Assembly (NCBI GenBank): GCA_040954595.2
Contig: CM082576.2
Span: forward strand, 6,203,129-6,267,128
Reading direction: 5' to 3'
From: Balanoglossus misakiensis
Taxonomy: Eukaryota > Animalia > Hemichordata
DNA: 64,000 nucleotides
The number at the start of each line of letters is the position of its first letter. Positions within the stretch are counted from its first letter, which is position 1. Shown one piece after another: positions 25,457 through 38,600 of this stretch. A program made the translations under genes and the position numbers. The notes below the pieces were generated by a model that had not been told where the DNA came from, did not search any database, and saw only the letters and a program-made list of their open reading frames with translations.

Positions 25457-28400
25457 TCACCACTCTGCATCTCCGATTGCCTTCTGAAACACATAGTCTT
25501 TACCCTTCAAATTCATTATCCCATCTTTTAAGTGAAATTTCCATTTATTTCGACTTCTGTTGATCTGTAAGTGCAACAGTAAAATTCAGTCAACTTCAAA
25601 TGTAGAAAACAGCAACACAGAGGAGACATTGGTCACACTTTGTCATTCAAGAAAATTACCGGGAAAAAATCACTGGCAACTTTTAATTGAACTGGTCAGT
25701 GCTTCTTATTACTTTTAATCAAGTATTAATTGGAAAGAAGTTAGGGACACTCTTTTAAAGTATTAAATGAACAGCCTTTTTACAGGTCAGTGTTACTTTT
25801 TACTTTTAAACAAGTAAAGGACACTTTTAAAATCACACAAGTTAGCATTTTAAAATTTTTTAAGTAATGACATATTTGTAATTTACCTTGTCATATTGGC
25901 AAACTACAACATTTTCAGTATCAAATAATTCAGCAGGATCTTCATCATCTACATCATCGCCAGAATTTAATGGTTCCTAAAACGAAAACAACAATTTCAT
26001 CCAACTCAGTTTAGCCAGTCACACTGAAAGTAATACCCCAGCAGTTTTCAAGTCACACTGATTTCAAAGACTCTTCTTTACCTAAGTCATCCAATAATGA
26101 CATATTACAAGAATACTGCACAGGAAATCAGTCTCAGACAGAGAGTCAGTCAAAGTTGTTGATACGCATTTGTTACAGTTCGAAACTCAGATGGGACCAC
26201 CATCTTGCTAATTAAATTTCTCGTCTCTGTAACTTCAATTCAGAAGACTTCTATAGCATATTGCCAAACATTCAGCAATATAGAGCTTAGCATTTAGACC
26301 AGAAAGATAACATGCTGTAATTTCCCTGAAAGGAAGGAAGGAGGAAGTCACTCAGATTCCACAGATAAATGTCAGATTACACACAATCAGATTTGATAAC
26401 TATTGTGTTGGCCTTGATGAAGTCACCACAGGAATATTGTCAGCTTACATTTATATACCATGTACTTTTGTTGCAAGGCTAACATTCCCCTTACTCTAGT
26501 AATAACACGCCCTCAGCAGGTGGCTTTGACAGAGTAGCATCAGCTGGCTGAGAACAGACATTAATCTTCCTGTGATTTCACAGTTTTCATGAAGTTCACT
26601 GAAAATCTGACCACAGCACATAGCTTGAAAGCACTTGGTAGATGCCAGAATTCCAGTTTTCTTTGGTGCTGTGCAGACAGTCAGCAGTATTTAACTCCAA
26701 ATTAACTGGGAACATGGGGCATTCGGACAGGACATTATATTAGAACACAGTCACAACAGACTGGTGGTTGGATGGGTAGATTGCTTGATGAGATTAAGTA
26801 CCAATATTATCTCAAACCTTCTGCCATAAGCTAAGGGTTCTATGTTTCTTTACACAATGTACAATAACGTACACGTTAATGTGGGTGGCATGTCCTAATA
26901 TAGCCAACACCTTTAGGAGCTTGTGTTCTATTTTTGGCTGTGTCAACCATTTGTAAAATGTGTAACAATTTTATTTCATAATCGGTGGTTCCTCACTTTC
27001 AAAGCTTTTCAACATTTGAGGAAGGAAGATGTACACAAAATATGGCCAAGATTGACTCAGGATTCTGTGTGCAATATATTGGAGTGTGGTAAGCACACGG
27101 CCCTTGTACATCCATATGGCCATATTTTGTCAACACCTCTACATTCATAAAGAGATTGTGCTTGATGACCCAAATACCATCACTATCAGATGGCCCCTAA
27201 CACAGGTAATCAAGTACAATTCGCCTATGCCCTACCTCATCTTCTACTCCTTCAGCATCATTGTCATCATTCTCCTCCTCTTCATCATCATCGTCGTCTT
27301 CTTCCTCTTTCTCATCACCACCATAATCTTCATCCTCTTCATCACTAGATGTATCATTTCCCCCATCTACTTGAATAATTGCTTGATTTGGTACCTGTAC
27401 AACAGACGTGTGACAATGTCAATGATAATCGTGATGCTCCAGCTACATAATTCACAATTGTCCCAGGCAAAGGCATGAACAAGTTTGCAGTGACAGGGGA
27501 CAGATATATTTGGAGCAAACGTAGCAAAGTCAAAATTCAGAAACAGCCCTCAGCAGCAGAATTTGAGTGCCACATTACACCCATTCTGTTAAAGAGATGT
27601 TTTATGGATACTTACTGTTGATTGCACTTGTCCTATAACTTGTTGCGTTTGCTGTTGCTGAGGCTGACCAGGTTGTGCTTGGTGTATGCGTGGTTGTTGG
27701 TGAACTAACGTGGTTGGCTGGGCTACGGCTTGAGTGCCGGGCTGGGCTTGTATTTGATGAAGAGGCACTTGTTGATAGACAAGCTGGGTGTGCCCCTGCG
27801 TATTGGGTGCCTGGGTTATTTGCGTGACTTGGTATGCTGGATATGTCTGAGTTGCATTCCCTGTCGGCATAACATTAATAATATTTGTCAAACTTATGAC
27901 GACTATTTGCCTGACATATTTCTTGCTAGCAAAGCTGGCAGATGTCCAAAAGTACACATATTTCAAAGCTAAATCAATACAAAGGAGAGATTTGAACACT
28001 GATGTCATTTCAACACAATTTCAGAGTGGTGATAATAGGTGCGTATGTCCCTCCAGCTACAATGTCTGCACAGAGTGTCAACAGCTGCGATCAATCTGTC
28101 TTACCTGAAGTGGGTAGAGTTACAGCTGTTAATTGCGGATGTTGATATGTTATAATGCCTTCAGGTAAAGCCAATGCTGCCTGTTGGGCAGGAGCACTCT
28201 GAAGCAAAAAATATATATTAACACCTGTTAATCGTAATACACATGGCTTCAAACAGAAGCTGATATGGAAAGTATATTTTCTCCTATCCTATTAAATAAA
28301 AACATCCATCTCTACCCAAACAGTATCAGAATGTGATTTTATCGTCTTCTTGCATTTCACTCTCTCTTCAGGTCAGACTAACTCCAATCCATTTACTGTA

Positions 28401-29798
28401 ACCTCCAGATATTCCTTTATATTTGAAACTGAGCAAATCACAGTATCACATACACATTTATCAACTTACAATTGTGCTCCCAAGTTGCTCAGAGTAACTA
28501 ACTTGAGAAGGGTTTGTAGCTTGATGAGAAGCATACTGCATTACAAGATGGTCAGCTGGCTGATCCAAAGCTTTTGACTGTGCCAATTTACTATCCCAAA
28601 TCTGCAAGTAAAAGTAGATTGAAACATCATAACTTTATAGAAGGTGTACAATGTTGTACCAAACTGACTGACTGACAAATCGTGTTCAAGTTGTTTCTTG
28701 CCATTTGGAGGAAACTCACCCGAAAGGTTTACATATTTTTCTATACAAAGAAACACAATTTAATGCTCATATAATTGCCTTTTCACGAAGGGCCTCAATA
28801 CTAAAACTGTGGAAACTTCTGGTCATGTCATAATGCAAAGGCAAGCCTCAGCAGTCACACTCAGTCTGCCTTCAGAAATACCATCACCTACCCCAAGAGG
28901 GCGCTAGCGTCAGTTAATTTTTTATCAAGGACATAGGGAGGTTTCTTTCTTTGATTGACAGGGCACATTCACATATATGCAAATTAGCAAGCGTATAAAA
29001 TAAATGTCTGCCGCACGGATCAGAAGCCGACGCGGACCAGACATAGATGACCTGTTCCAGGACTTACAGCCGGGGAGGCAACGGACTACGGACGAGTGAA
29101 CCGCGTCGCGTGTCAATATTCACAGCGAATCTTCACGGCGGTCCGACAGTGTATTTATGTCTGAGCTTCCACATCAAAATGAAGAGCAATACATTGGGAG
29201 AAATTCAGACCAAGGACGTGATTTCAGTGTCGATTGCAAACGCGTGCGAACTGTGGAAGTGTGTTTGCCACCCGGGTGTTTTGTAGACGGCAGTTTTTGT
29301 GAAAGCCGTTTTATATACGTACATGCTTCAGTTCTTGGAGTACTTGTTCATCAACACCTTCGTCAAGAAAGGCTTCGCGGACGTTATTGATAACGTCATC
29401 AATAACAGTTTGGTATAATTTTGCCTGAAAATTGAATATACACGGGAAAACAATAAGATAAAGCGACGTTCACAGATTACCCAAGTACAGAATCAATCTA
29501 AACAATGGACACTCACATTTCCCTTTTTCATAAACACAGTGTCATTCCATGCGTCTCTTATAAAATATGACATGATAAAATATTGATTATTTCAAGTGGT
29601 GCTCTCCACAAGACAATATGATTAAAGATTTTAGAATGACAATTTCCAGACTGAGATCCATATGTTAGCCTTCGTAGACTACAACGCAGTTGGATATTTG
29701 CCGAAGAGCCAATATCGCCACAATATGGCGAATTTTAAGAAATAAAAGTATACGTAAAAATTAACCAAAATGCTTACCACTGAACTTTGAGTTGCCAT
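25457..29798 (-). CDS. GTF2A1: Transcription initiation factor IIA subunit 1 (TFIIA alpha/beta precursor), about 305 aa
   Basis: Eight coding exons: 29798-29778 (MATQSSV), 29424-29323 (AKLYQTVIDDVINNVREAFLDEGVDEQVLQELKH), 28601-28503, 28198-28105, 27860-27616 (Q-rich), 27394-27236 (QVDG plus acidic tract), 25976-25887 (EPLNSGDD...NVVVCQYDK), 25564-25457 (INRSRNKWKFHLKDGIM...AIGDAEW*). All GT-AG, phases consistent. Confidence 0.97.
25694..25832. repeat. Imperfect local direct duplication in the last GTF2A1 intron
   Basis: GGTCAGTGCTTCTTATTACTTTTAATCAAGTA...GGACACTCTTTTAAA recurs as GGTCAGTGTTACTTTTTACTTTTAAACAAGTAAAGGACACTTTTAAA. Confidence 0.7.
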
Positions 29799-29889
29799 TT
29801 TGGGCTTTAAACAAGTGGTTTCGGCGCAAATTTGTGCTCGAATTTAGCACAGACCAGTCCTGATTGTGCTGTGGGCTTCTCCGAAGCCG

Positions 29890-30040
29890 AAAGACAACTG
29901 AGCTGCGAGCGCTTTTATACTCTTCAACTACCCCCAATTCCCTTAGAGGGGGGTAGTGACAATTGCAGCGACTTACTGATTGGATGTAGTATCTGATTGG
30001 CTAGAAGTCAGCTGATCACCATGTGATCCCATGACGTAGC
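29890..30040 (-). promoter_or_regulatory. GTF2A1 core promoter: TATAAAA plus two CCAAT (NF-Y) boxes and a CRE-like site
   Basis: Minus-strand TATAAAA at 29919-29913; CCAATCAG at 29983-29976 and 30000-29993; ATGACGTA at 30031-30038; all 115-240 bp upstream of the ATG. Confidence 0.7.
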
Positions 30041-30269
30041 GATAGGAAATTAGCCCAGTACATTTGTCTGTATTATCCAAATCACCACAAAATGTGAGAT
30101 TTTCATTTTACACACACATTCTCGCAAACCAGAGCCCTCTTTTTTCCGCTTCACGGCTGAAACTGAGAGGCTGTGGTTCATAACGATGCACCACAGTCAC
30201 TCCACGTACATTTCAGATATGTTGACAGATGAAAGACAGAGGCAAACTCACCAATATTGGCTCCATTTT

Positions 30270-30275
30270 TTTATT
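30270..30275 (-). terminator. Probable stonin poly(A) signal
   Basis: Minus-strand AATAAA about 2.3 kb downstream of the stonin stop and just before the GTF2A1 promoter. Confidence 0.5.
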
Positions 30276-32611
30276 GATGCTAAAAAAAGCCGTTTCTCAC
30301 TGCCAATGGCATGTCAGCTAAAACTATAACATTCAGCACACTCATCTCTCATCATCATCATCTCTAGTACCAAAACTCTCAACATGTCCATTTACCACAA
30401 AAAAGAACAGTCCAAAAATCCAGCTACCAATATATACAAATGTACTAGTATCAAATAAGCAGACCAGACTTGATGGTAAATTAAAGTAAGATTTATTTAT
30501 TGTATTTATCATTGGGAGGGGGCGACATCGGATAAAAGACCGTATTCATAAAATAAGCAACACATAGCTTGATAAAATTATAGACTGGATGCAATATGCA
30601 TCTACTGGTATTTGGGAAGATAGCTGAGCTATTAAAACATACACTTATTATTAGTCACTTTTATTGTTCAAAATTTGACCGATCACATGGCAACCACCTG
30701 TAAGTATCCCAAAATTCTGTTATCAGTGTTCAACATTGATTCACTAAAAAGCATATAGCTATGAAAAAATGTCTATAGGCTCATTAGATTTGATTACACT
30801 TGAACATTTGAACTGTCCTCAACTTGAAAAAGAATGGACACATGAAAAGTGTCCATACAATATGTCACAAAAGGCAAACTCTAGAGTGTAAGGCAATGAT
30901 GTTTCTTTGGACCATATTCCAGGGATAAATCTCCACATCATGATGTCATAGGTCACCAGGGGTCATGCTTCACTGGGTCAGTCACCACAGCTTCAAATAA
31001 ACTGCTCCCACAAAAATTAACAGGGAATTTGACAAGAAAAGAAGTGATAATCAGCAAGATACTGTACGGGAAGGAACCAGTCCTAACTCAACAGCATGAT
31101 GAATGGTGGTGGGTTGTGCAATATTGGCTACCTTTATACCGTACACTGCATGGGAGTCCGAAAGAAACAGGCTAATACAATTCTGGAACCAATACCAGAT
31201 ATCACTTCATACCTGACGAAGACATTTAAAAAGCTACTCTACCAGAAGCTAGTAAATGTTGAAGCATAAAAGATATCAAAACATAAAAAACGTGAAAAAA
31301 GAGAAAACGTAACATACACGTACATGCCATAATAGGATATACCGTACAAACATGGGTCGAAATTTCTTTGTCCTGTTTTTTTTCTCCAAAAACAGGGCTA
31401 GTGACTGGGCATTTTTTTTTCTGCGGTCAAGAATTGTAGTTTACAAATTGGGGAGGGGGTGGGTTACCAGGGTACGCTGCATGCAGAGTTGTGAAACAGA
31501 GTACTTACAACTGGACTTTTTTTAGACAACACAAGTATGTACCCGGTAGTAATAATACATATGCAAAGACTCGTGGAGGGACAGTATAATACTAGGGTAT
31601 GTGGATTCATTGATATTGCAAAGTGTTTTAGAAGCTCAATATAGCTTCACTTGTACATTTCTGTGGAAAATTATCAGAAAATATGGTTTTCTTCTTTCAA
31701 GACCGATTACAAATGTATGTACATTAAGACAAATCGACTATTTGAGTATATAATCATTGAGAGAGAGAAAAATAATTTATATTCACAAATTTACCCCTGT
31801 AATCATTGCCTGGAATCAATTCAGACATATTTGAGTAACAATTATGAAAAAGTCTAAAAGACCGGTATGTCTTGAAGGATGAAATTTTTTGTGACAAATA
31901 TTGGTTTATAGTCAGCAATGTGGAATAAAATTAATTGCATTTAAGATTGGTGTAAAATAGCAGGTGAGATACTGATACAGTAATCATCATTACAGATATT
32001 ATTTAGAATATGAATTTGTCCATAAAAGGATATTGTCATAGCAAAACCAGTGATTGTCTTTATTTTGAATCCCATCAGACCAGAAACCCAAGTAACCACT
32101 TCAAAGACAACTTGGCAAATTAGCAACAATGAAAATACTCGCTGGGTTTTTAAAAGCACTGAAAGGACTGAATTTTTTTATAAATTGCAACGACAAAAAT
32201 TGCACATTGATGCCATTCAAAGCCCACAATGAAGAAATACTATTAGGTGGTATCAATAGAAAAGGAATATTTCACAGACTTGATGCAAAGAATTTTTAGA
32301 CTGCTCAAAGCACGGATAAATTAAGTTTCATTCAACACTTTGTACCGTATTATCACTAATTTAAACACCATTAACCTGGCAGCTTGCAATCATTCTTCTT
32401 TGCACGCAATACATGTATTTCTGTTTTCGTTTTATTTTCAATAGTCATCTTTTAAGTAGGAGGCCTACAAACTATGGAAATAGACACTATTAAGAATAAA
32501 CTCTCTTGGTTCTAATAAATATACATCTATTGTTTTAGATCAGCTGATACTGAGTTGTAGTACATGATCGCCATGGAAACAGCTACTGTTTGTTCAACGG
32601 AGGACAGCATT

Positions 32612-35600
32612 TCACTGCTGTATGCACTGTCTCGGGTCCTCGTCTTCGAGCGTCGCGGTGAAATGGAAATTCTGTTCAATTTCCACCTCGTAACCGTAGT
32701 GGGCCCGGTAGCGCACCAACTTGTCCGGGCTCCTCTGATTGGCCACTGCGATGGAGCGGATTGCGGTTCTCGAAGCTGTGGTGTAGGGCATGGTGTACTC
32801 CACTAAGGCATACTTGTTGTAAATCGATGGAATGTCTCGATCGGAGGAGAGGTCCATGCGGCACATGAAGATTTGAGTTGTGTGGGGATCTGTGAAGGAA
32901 AACATTGAAAACAGACATCTTTCATTTCATTCTCTTATAAATGTACAACTTGATCACACAATTTAATTGACATTACTTCACACATCTAGCTGAGTAAGCT
33001 GACCTGTCCCATGCCTTGCATTTTACGACTCAGAGCACAGCTTGGAATTCAGCGCAAATATTTTTCACAAACCGTACAATTCGTTCAGGTATGTACTGAT
33101 CATGCAATAACAGTTGCACAAATTAAAAATTAATCATAGCAAAGTGACATTAAACTATATCCTTGCGCTAAAGTGTGACCCCAATTAGTCCAGGCATTTC
33201 TGAATAATGCCTATGAAACATAAAGTCACACACCACTATTCATATGTTCTCATTCATTTTGTTCCAGGGGACTTGTAAAAGGCCAACTCTGACCTTACCT
33301 GTATTTTTTTCTGGCAACCTAGGTATCCTCCAGACGAGTGATCTGTATGGATGTTCGTATTTAGCAGTACCAACGGACACTTCAATGAGTCCTGGACTCA
33401 GACTTCCTACAAATACAAAATAAAAACACAAATTACTTTCTTAATGTGTCTATACTTCACCTGGTAAGAATTAACGATTACACCTCCAATGAATAAGTGC
33501 AATTACACCTTGAACAAAATCAGACTGACAACAAAGGGCATCAAAAACAAGTTTCCAGATATGCCTCTCACCTTTCTTGATTTTTCCAGCTTTCTTTGTG
33601 GTTGACCTGACCGACGAATAACCAAACTTTGTTTCAACTCTGAACATTGGGATCCAGCTTTCCGGAATGGGAAAGCAAATCATGATATTCTCTGTGGGGT
33701 TCGCCTGCATACTCTTCTTGCTTCTGTGGCCTGCCAGGTCAATCAAATCAAAACGTCTCAGTTATGTGGCTTGGTATACAACTACATGCCAATCAAATAT
33801 GTGATTAGATATCTGCATTTATTTTGGTCACAACATACTGCTGCCTCATAAGCCCAGAAATGGTTAGGTCCATTGTCTTGACCAATTTTTTAGGTTATAT
33901 ATATTTGCAGTTTGCGGACATCAAATATAACAACTATTTTACTGACAGTCTTAATTCTTTTTTGCTTTTTGATTTGCAGATGGGATGCAATAGAGAGAAA
34001 TCTGAAACTTCTGAACTATAATGATTGCTGGTGTGGGATGTGAAACTGGGCACGTCTAAGTTTCAAATATGGGTCATATTCCTGAATACACAAGCTCTGT
34101 ATTGAAACTTATACATATTTGATCATAGCTTGAATTTCAGGAAACACAATCCTTGACATGTAGCGATCTCTGTCCCTCAGAATTCACACGACAGTTATGA
34201 GAAGATTTTAACAAGACCGTTGCAAAATGACCTTGTCTGAATTGCAGCCTGTTTGATTATTCTAGTCATCCTTCATCATGACTTTCCCTACATTTCCTTC
34301 CTTCCTTCCTTCAAGTGACACAGTAAATGTTACATTACTAAAGAGGGTCAATAGGTCACAACCACAAGGGCTTACCTGGAATGAGTACATCAGCCCTGAG
34401 TTCTATATGGGCATGTTCACCAGACACGACCACTTTCACTGTAAGGGGCAGATCTTGACTCTTGTCCGGTCGCACCTGAAATCTCATCACTTCAAACGTG
34501 CACGCGTCCAGAGGGTTGAACTCAATGAACCGATCGGCGACGAATTTCTCCTTGTCCACACAGTTGTGCAGTTCAACGTTCTCCATCTTGATCCACTGGT
34601 CGGATTTGTGGGGAATGATGTCTTGCCGGGACACAACCTCCACGCCTTTCCGGTGGTAGTCGTTCAATCCCAGAGCACACTCCGGCATCCCGGTGACAAA
34701 CGAAAGGCAGTGAATGTGGACCGTCGTGGAGAGTTTGTCCGTCTCTCCGTTTTTCGTCAGCCTGGCACGGCATTCGTCGGTGACGTCGATCGTGATCGAG
34801 TCCTGTCTGTACGTGGCGCCTCGGTCTCTGTGGGCGGGCAACCGCATCAGCGTGTCGTTCACGGCCCTGATGAAGCTGCGGAATTCCTTGTAGTCGGTGG
34901 AACCCACTTTCAGGAGCTGGGCGTGGGTGCTGATGTGCTCAATGTTCTTGGCTCCGAACTTCTTCTTTTCTTTGTAGGAGACGTACTCGACCTTGACGGT
35001 GTGTATTTTCCCCTGAGTGTTGTACGGCTGTCGTTTCTGCATGGAGAACATGTAGCTGGACTGCAGGGGCAACTCCCGGAACGGCTCCATGGGGTTAGAC
35101 TCGTTGTACAACTGAAGTACGTTTCCATCGATCAGTCGGAGGCGGACTGGCTTCCAGGTGCGCGATCCGGTGAGCGTCTTTTTGCTGGGCACCCGTAACT
35201 GCAGAGCCCATCCTCTCAACGGGTCGTACGGCTCTGGCGGGTATTCGTCTTCGAACCTTTCACCGATTCCACCATCCACATCGTCATCCAGTGAAGGTAT
35301 CTCTTCCATCACTGGTATATCATCTGCGACAGGCAGAGCTGCAGCAAACTCTGCAGGTTTGACAGGTAGTACTGCAGGAGAAAAAGTCTGAGGTTGTGCT
35401 ACCGTCGGCGATGCCAATGGCCAAGGCGCACGCACAGTCGACTGCTGAGCTAGCACATCTGTGGCAAACGGCGACGCAGGCTGCTGATTCACTGTTGCCA
35501 CCGTTTCAATCCTGAATGGGTTTCCTGGGCTCATGGGTTGTGCCAGGGCTGGCTGCTGCTGCTGCACGGAGCTGCCCCCATCGAAGAGGTGAAAGGAAGG

Positions 35601-38600
35601 CGAGGTTGGCTGGGTTGGGTGCACAGCGCCACCCACGGCACCGCCCTGGAATGGGTTATAGGATGAGCTGGGTAAGACCACGTTGTCTGGACTCGCTATG
35701 GGCGGGTGGAACTGGTCAACAGATGGTTGCTGTTGGCTGGCCAGCAGTTCCTTGGTGAAGGGATTCCCGGCTGCGCCGACACCCTGAACTGCTGTTGGCT
35801 GCTGAAATGAGTTACCAAAGAATACTGACTGTTGCTGCTGCGGTTGGCTCTGACTCGACGGTCTTGTCGGTGAACGTACCCCATCGTCGTCGAATGAAAC
35901 CCACTGTTTGAAAGTGGTAGACGACGCCTGTTGATTTTGCGTCATTACCGGTGCAGATAACGGTACCCTCTGCACGTCGGTGTCAGATGGCTGGAACGAC
36001 GTCTGCTCCGTGCTACTAGAAACTTGCACACTTCCTGCAGCTGTCTCTAAGGCAGACGCCGAGTGAAACTGCGCCTCGAATGACGCACTCTGGTTCCCAG
36101 CTGCCACTGCAGGCTGCCAATCAAGTGGACTCGCAGTAAATCCACCGGCTGCAGAGGAAAGCGACGTGTTGGAGATCCCTCCACTCTGACTCTGAGATAG
36201 CTGCCCGGGCGTGGTTTCACTTGCGAGGACACTGCCCTCTGTCACTGTAATCTGACCCGCGGTTGACCCTTGCTCCACAGTCACCGGAGACACCACTGCA
36301 CTGTTGGGTGCTGCTGAACTGACATTTCCTGTGTCAAGTTGGCCGGGGTCATCTTCATCAAACGTTGTCCACTCCTTGGCTACGACCCCCATGTCTCCAA
36401 TGGACTGTCTTTGCGACGAGGGCGTTGAATCTAACTTCTCATAATCCTGCGAGATTCTTTCTAGGGATTCTTCAAAGCTTCTCCTGTTCACTTCGTGATC
36501 CGTCATCATCATCGCCTGTGATTCTTGTGAAGTGGTTTCATCTTTCAGCTGGGCACTCGCAGTACTCTCCACCAGGACACTGTTGTCAAAGGGATCAAAA
36601 GATGTACCTGCGGACATAAAAAAAGAGGCATTCAGTTGGCCAACTAATCCCAAATTTATACATGTACATCAGGGTGGTTTCTTTCAGAATAAGTGAAACC
36701 TGGAATTTGGACAGACTACGATACAAACAACACGGTCACCAACACCATTCGCACATCATAACACATTAATTCATGCACACAAACCAGCATTACGCATATG
36801 TAACTACTGTACCAGATGCAAAAATATTACCAGAAGCTGATATTAATACTCTCAACATCATCAATCATGTCAAGTTATGAGAGTCTGAGACAATATTTAT
36901 GTCAAGATGACCTATTTACGACTGTCAAAAAGGCGGGGAACACTGCACTGCCCTGTCCTTGTACGTTTTAATGTTGGGTATGGATTTCTGACATTTTCCA
37001 AATATTACTCTTCGACATTTGTTGGCATTTCTGTTAGGTCAAAATCAGTGTGCCCTCCAATAAGCATAATTTTTATTTCGAGCTTGGAGTCAGTTTGAGA
37101 AATTTCTCGTCATTTCTCTCTGTCAGACAATTTTCTTGCATCATTAGTGCGTTTGTCGAGTCAGTGATGCACCATTTTGGCTTTGATTGTCTGAGATCAT
37201 GTTATTAAGATATTTAAATCAAGCATTTATTTGTTGAAAGCTACAAAATGTTCCCAATGCCTCCTGATGTGTTTTCTTTATATGGGGAATGGCAGGAGGA
37301 CTCAGCAGAACTAAGAAGATTACAATAAAACCATTTTAAAGCAACTGACTGATGACCTTGATGTAATCTATCATGAAGGGTGACAGGTTTAATAGACAAC
37401 TTATGTTCATCTAATGAGTCTGTGGTTCTGATGTGGAGGCATTCACTGTCCATGAAGTAATTTTGGCAGTGTGGCGATCTTTTTCTCCATCTTTGCACTG
37501 GAAAAATTAGGTCCAAACAGCAGAAATTGGCCCACCTTTCTATAAACTTTCATAATTGTCACTTTAATCTTGTTACAATCTGTGGACAAACAACTATTCA
37601 TGGCGGATGTTTCTGTGACTGGGTGGGGCACAGCAATACGATCACTATCAGTCTCTCCAAAACTATTTTACAGGCAAGCGCAAATTACATGTAGTTCAGT
37701 CGAATATAGTTTGCGTTGAAGAACTTGATATCATTTTAACAATTTCAAGACTGGTTACTTGTTACTAATCACCATTCAGTATTATTACTGACAAAAATCC
37801 TACTTTTATATAATATTCAACAATAATTGAGACATATTGCTAAAAGGTTAATGCCCCTACCACATTGAGTGACAGGAGAGCCAGGTACTAACAGGATGAC
37901 GCAAAGCTTATTTGCTTATTTGGCCTTCCTCCATTCAGTCCAGCTTCATTCAAGAGACATCAATTGTCCCTAAAGTGGCCTTCATTTCTGCTATTAATCT
38001 AATTATTCTGTCAAAGTTAAACGGACTAAAAAGAATCCCAACACAACAATCAAAACCAAATACAGTAGTTTGTAGTTTTCATGCTACAGGTACACTGCCC
38101 TTGGGAATTAAATAGAATGGTTTAAATATACATGTACCAGTAATAATTTACCAGTGGAATTAATTAAAATAAATAATTATAAGACAGGTGACCGCAGAGT
38201 ATCATCTCTTTAACTTTGACAATCGTCTTTGAGATATCTTATCTTTTGCTCTCCCACCCATTAAATTACTGTATGCTACATCAGTGTCAGCCTAGCAACA
38301 TACATGCATGGCCACTGTTTTTTGTTTCTTCAAATTGAATGAATCCACATCTACAGTTTTGCAGCTCTAGTCTACCGTCCTAAATGACTCCTCCCACTCA
38401 TTTTGCTGCTCTCACGCCATGGTGACAGAAAACACCCCCCCCACCCACATGTCCAAAATACTGCCCAGTAAAATATTGACAAGTTATCAATAAAATATTG
38501 ACATACTAACCTGTGGCCATTGGTTTGTTTGTCTCCTCTTCTGTTTGGATTGTATCCTTCAGTTCCATCCAACCCCCATCTCTGTTTCCCTTATCGCCAT

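Noticed and set aside
27100-27196. Possible degenerate duplicate of GTF2A1 exon 7 (GPSDSDG...LF...KY)
   Set aside because: Similarity is very weak and the implied intron would be only about 39 nt.
27086-27478. Hydrophobic, membrane-protein-like ORF
   Set aside because: Reverse complement of the GAT/GAA acidic tract of GTF2A1.
36608-38510. Dicistronic stoned A/stoned B arrangement, or an extra exon in stonin intron 1
   Set aside because: The two ORFs splice in frame through canonical sites; the coding-looking intron stretch at 36960-37480 has stops and no convincing splice pair.
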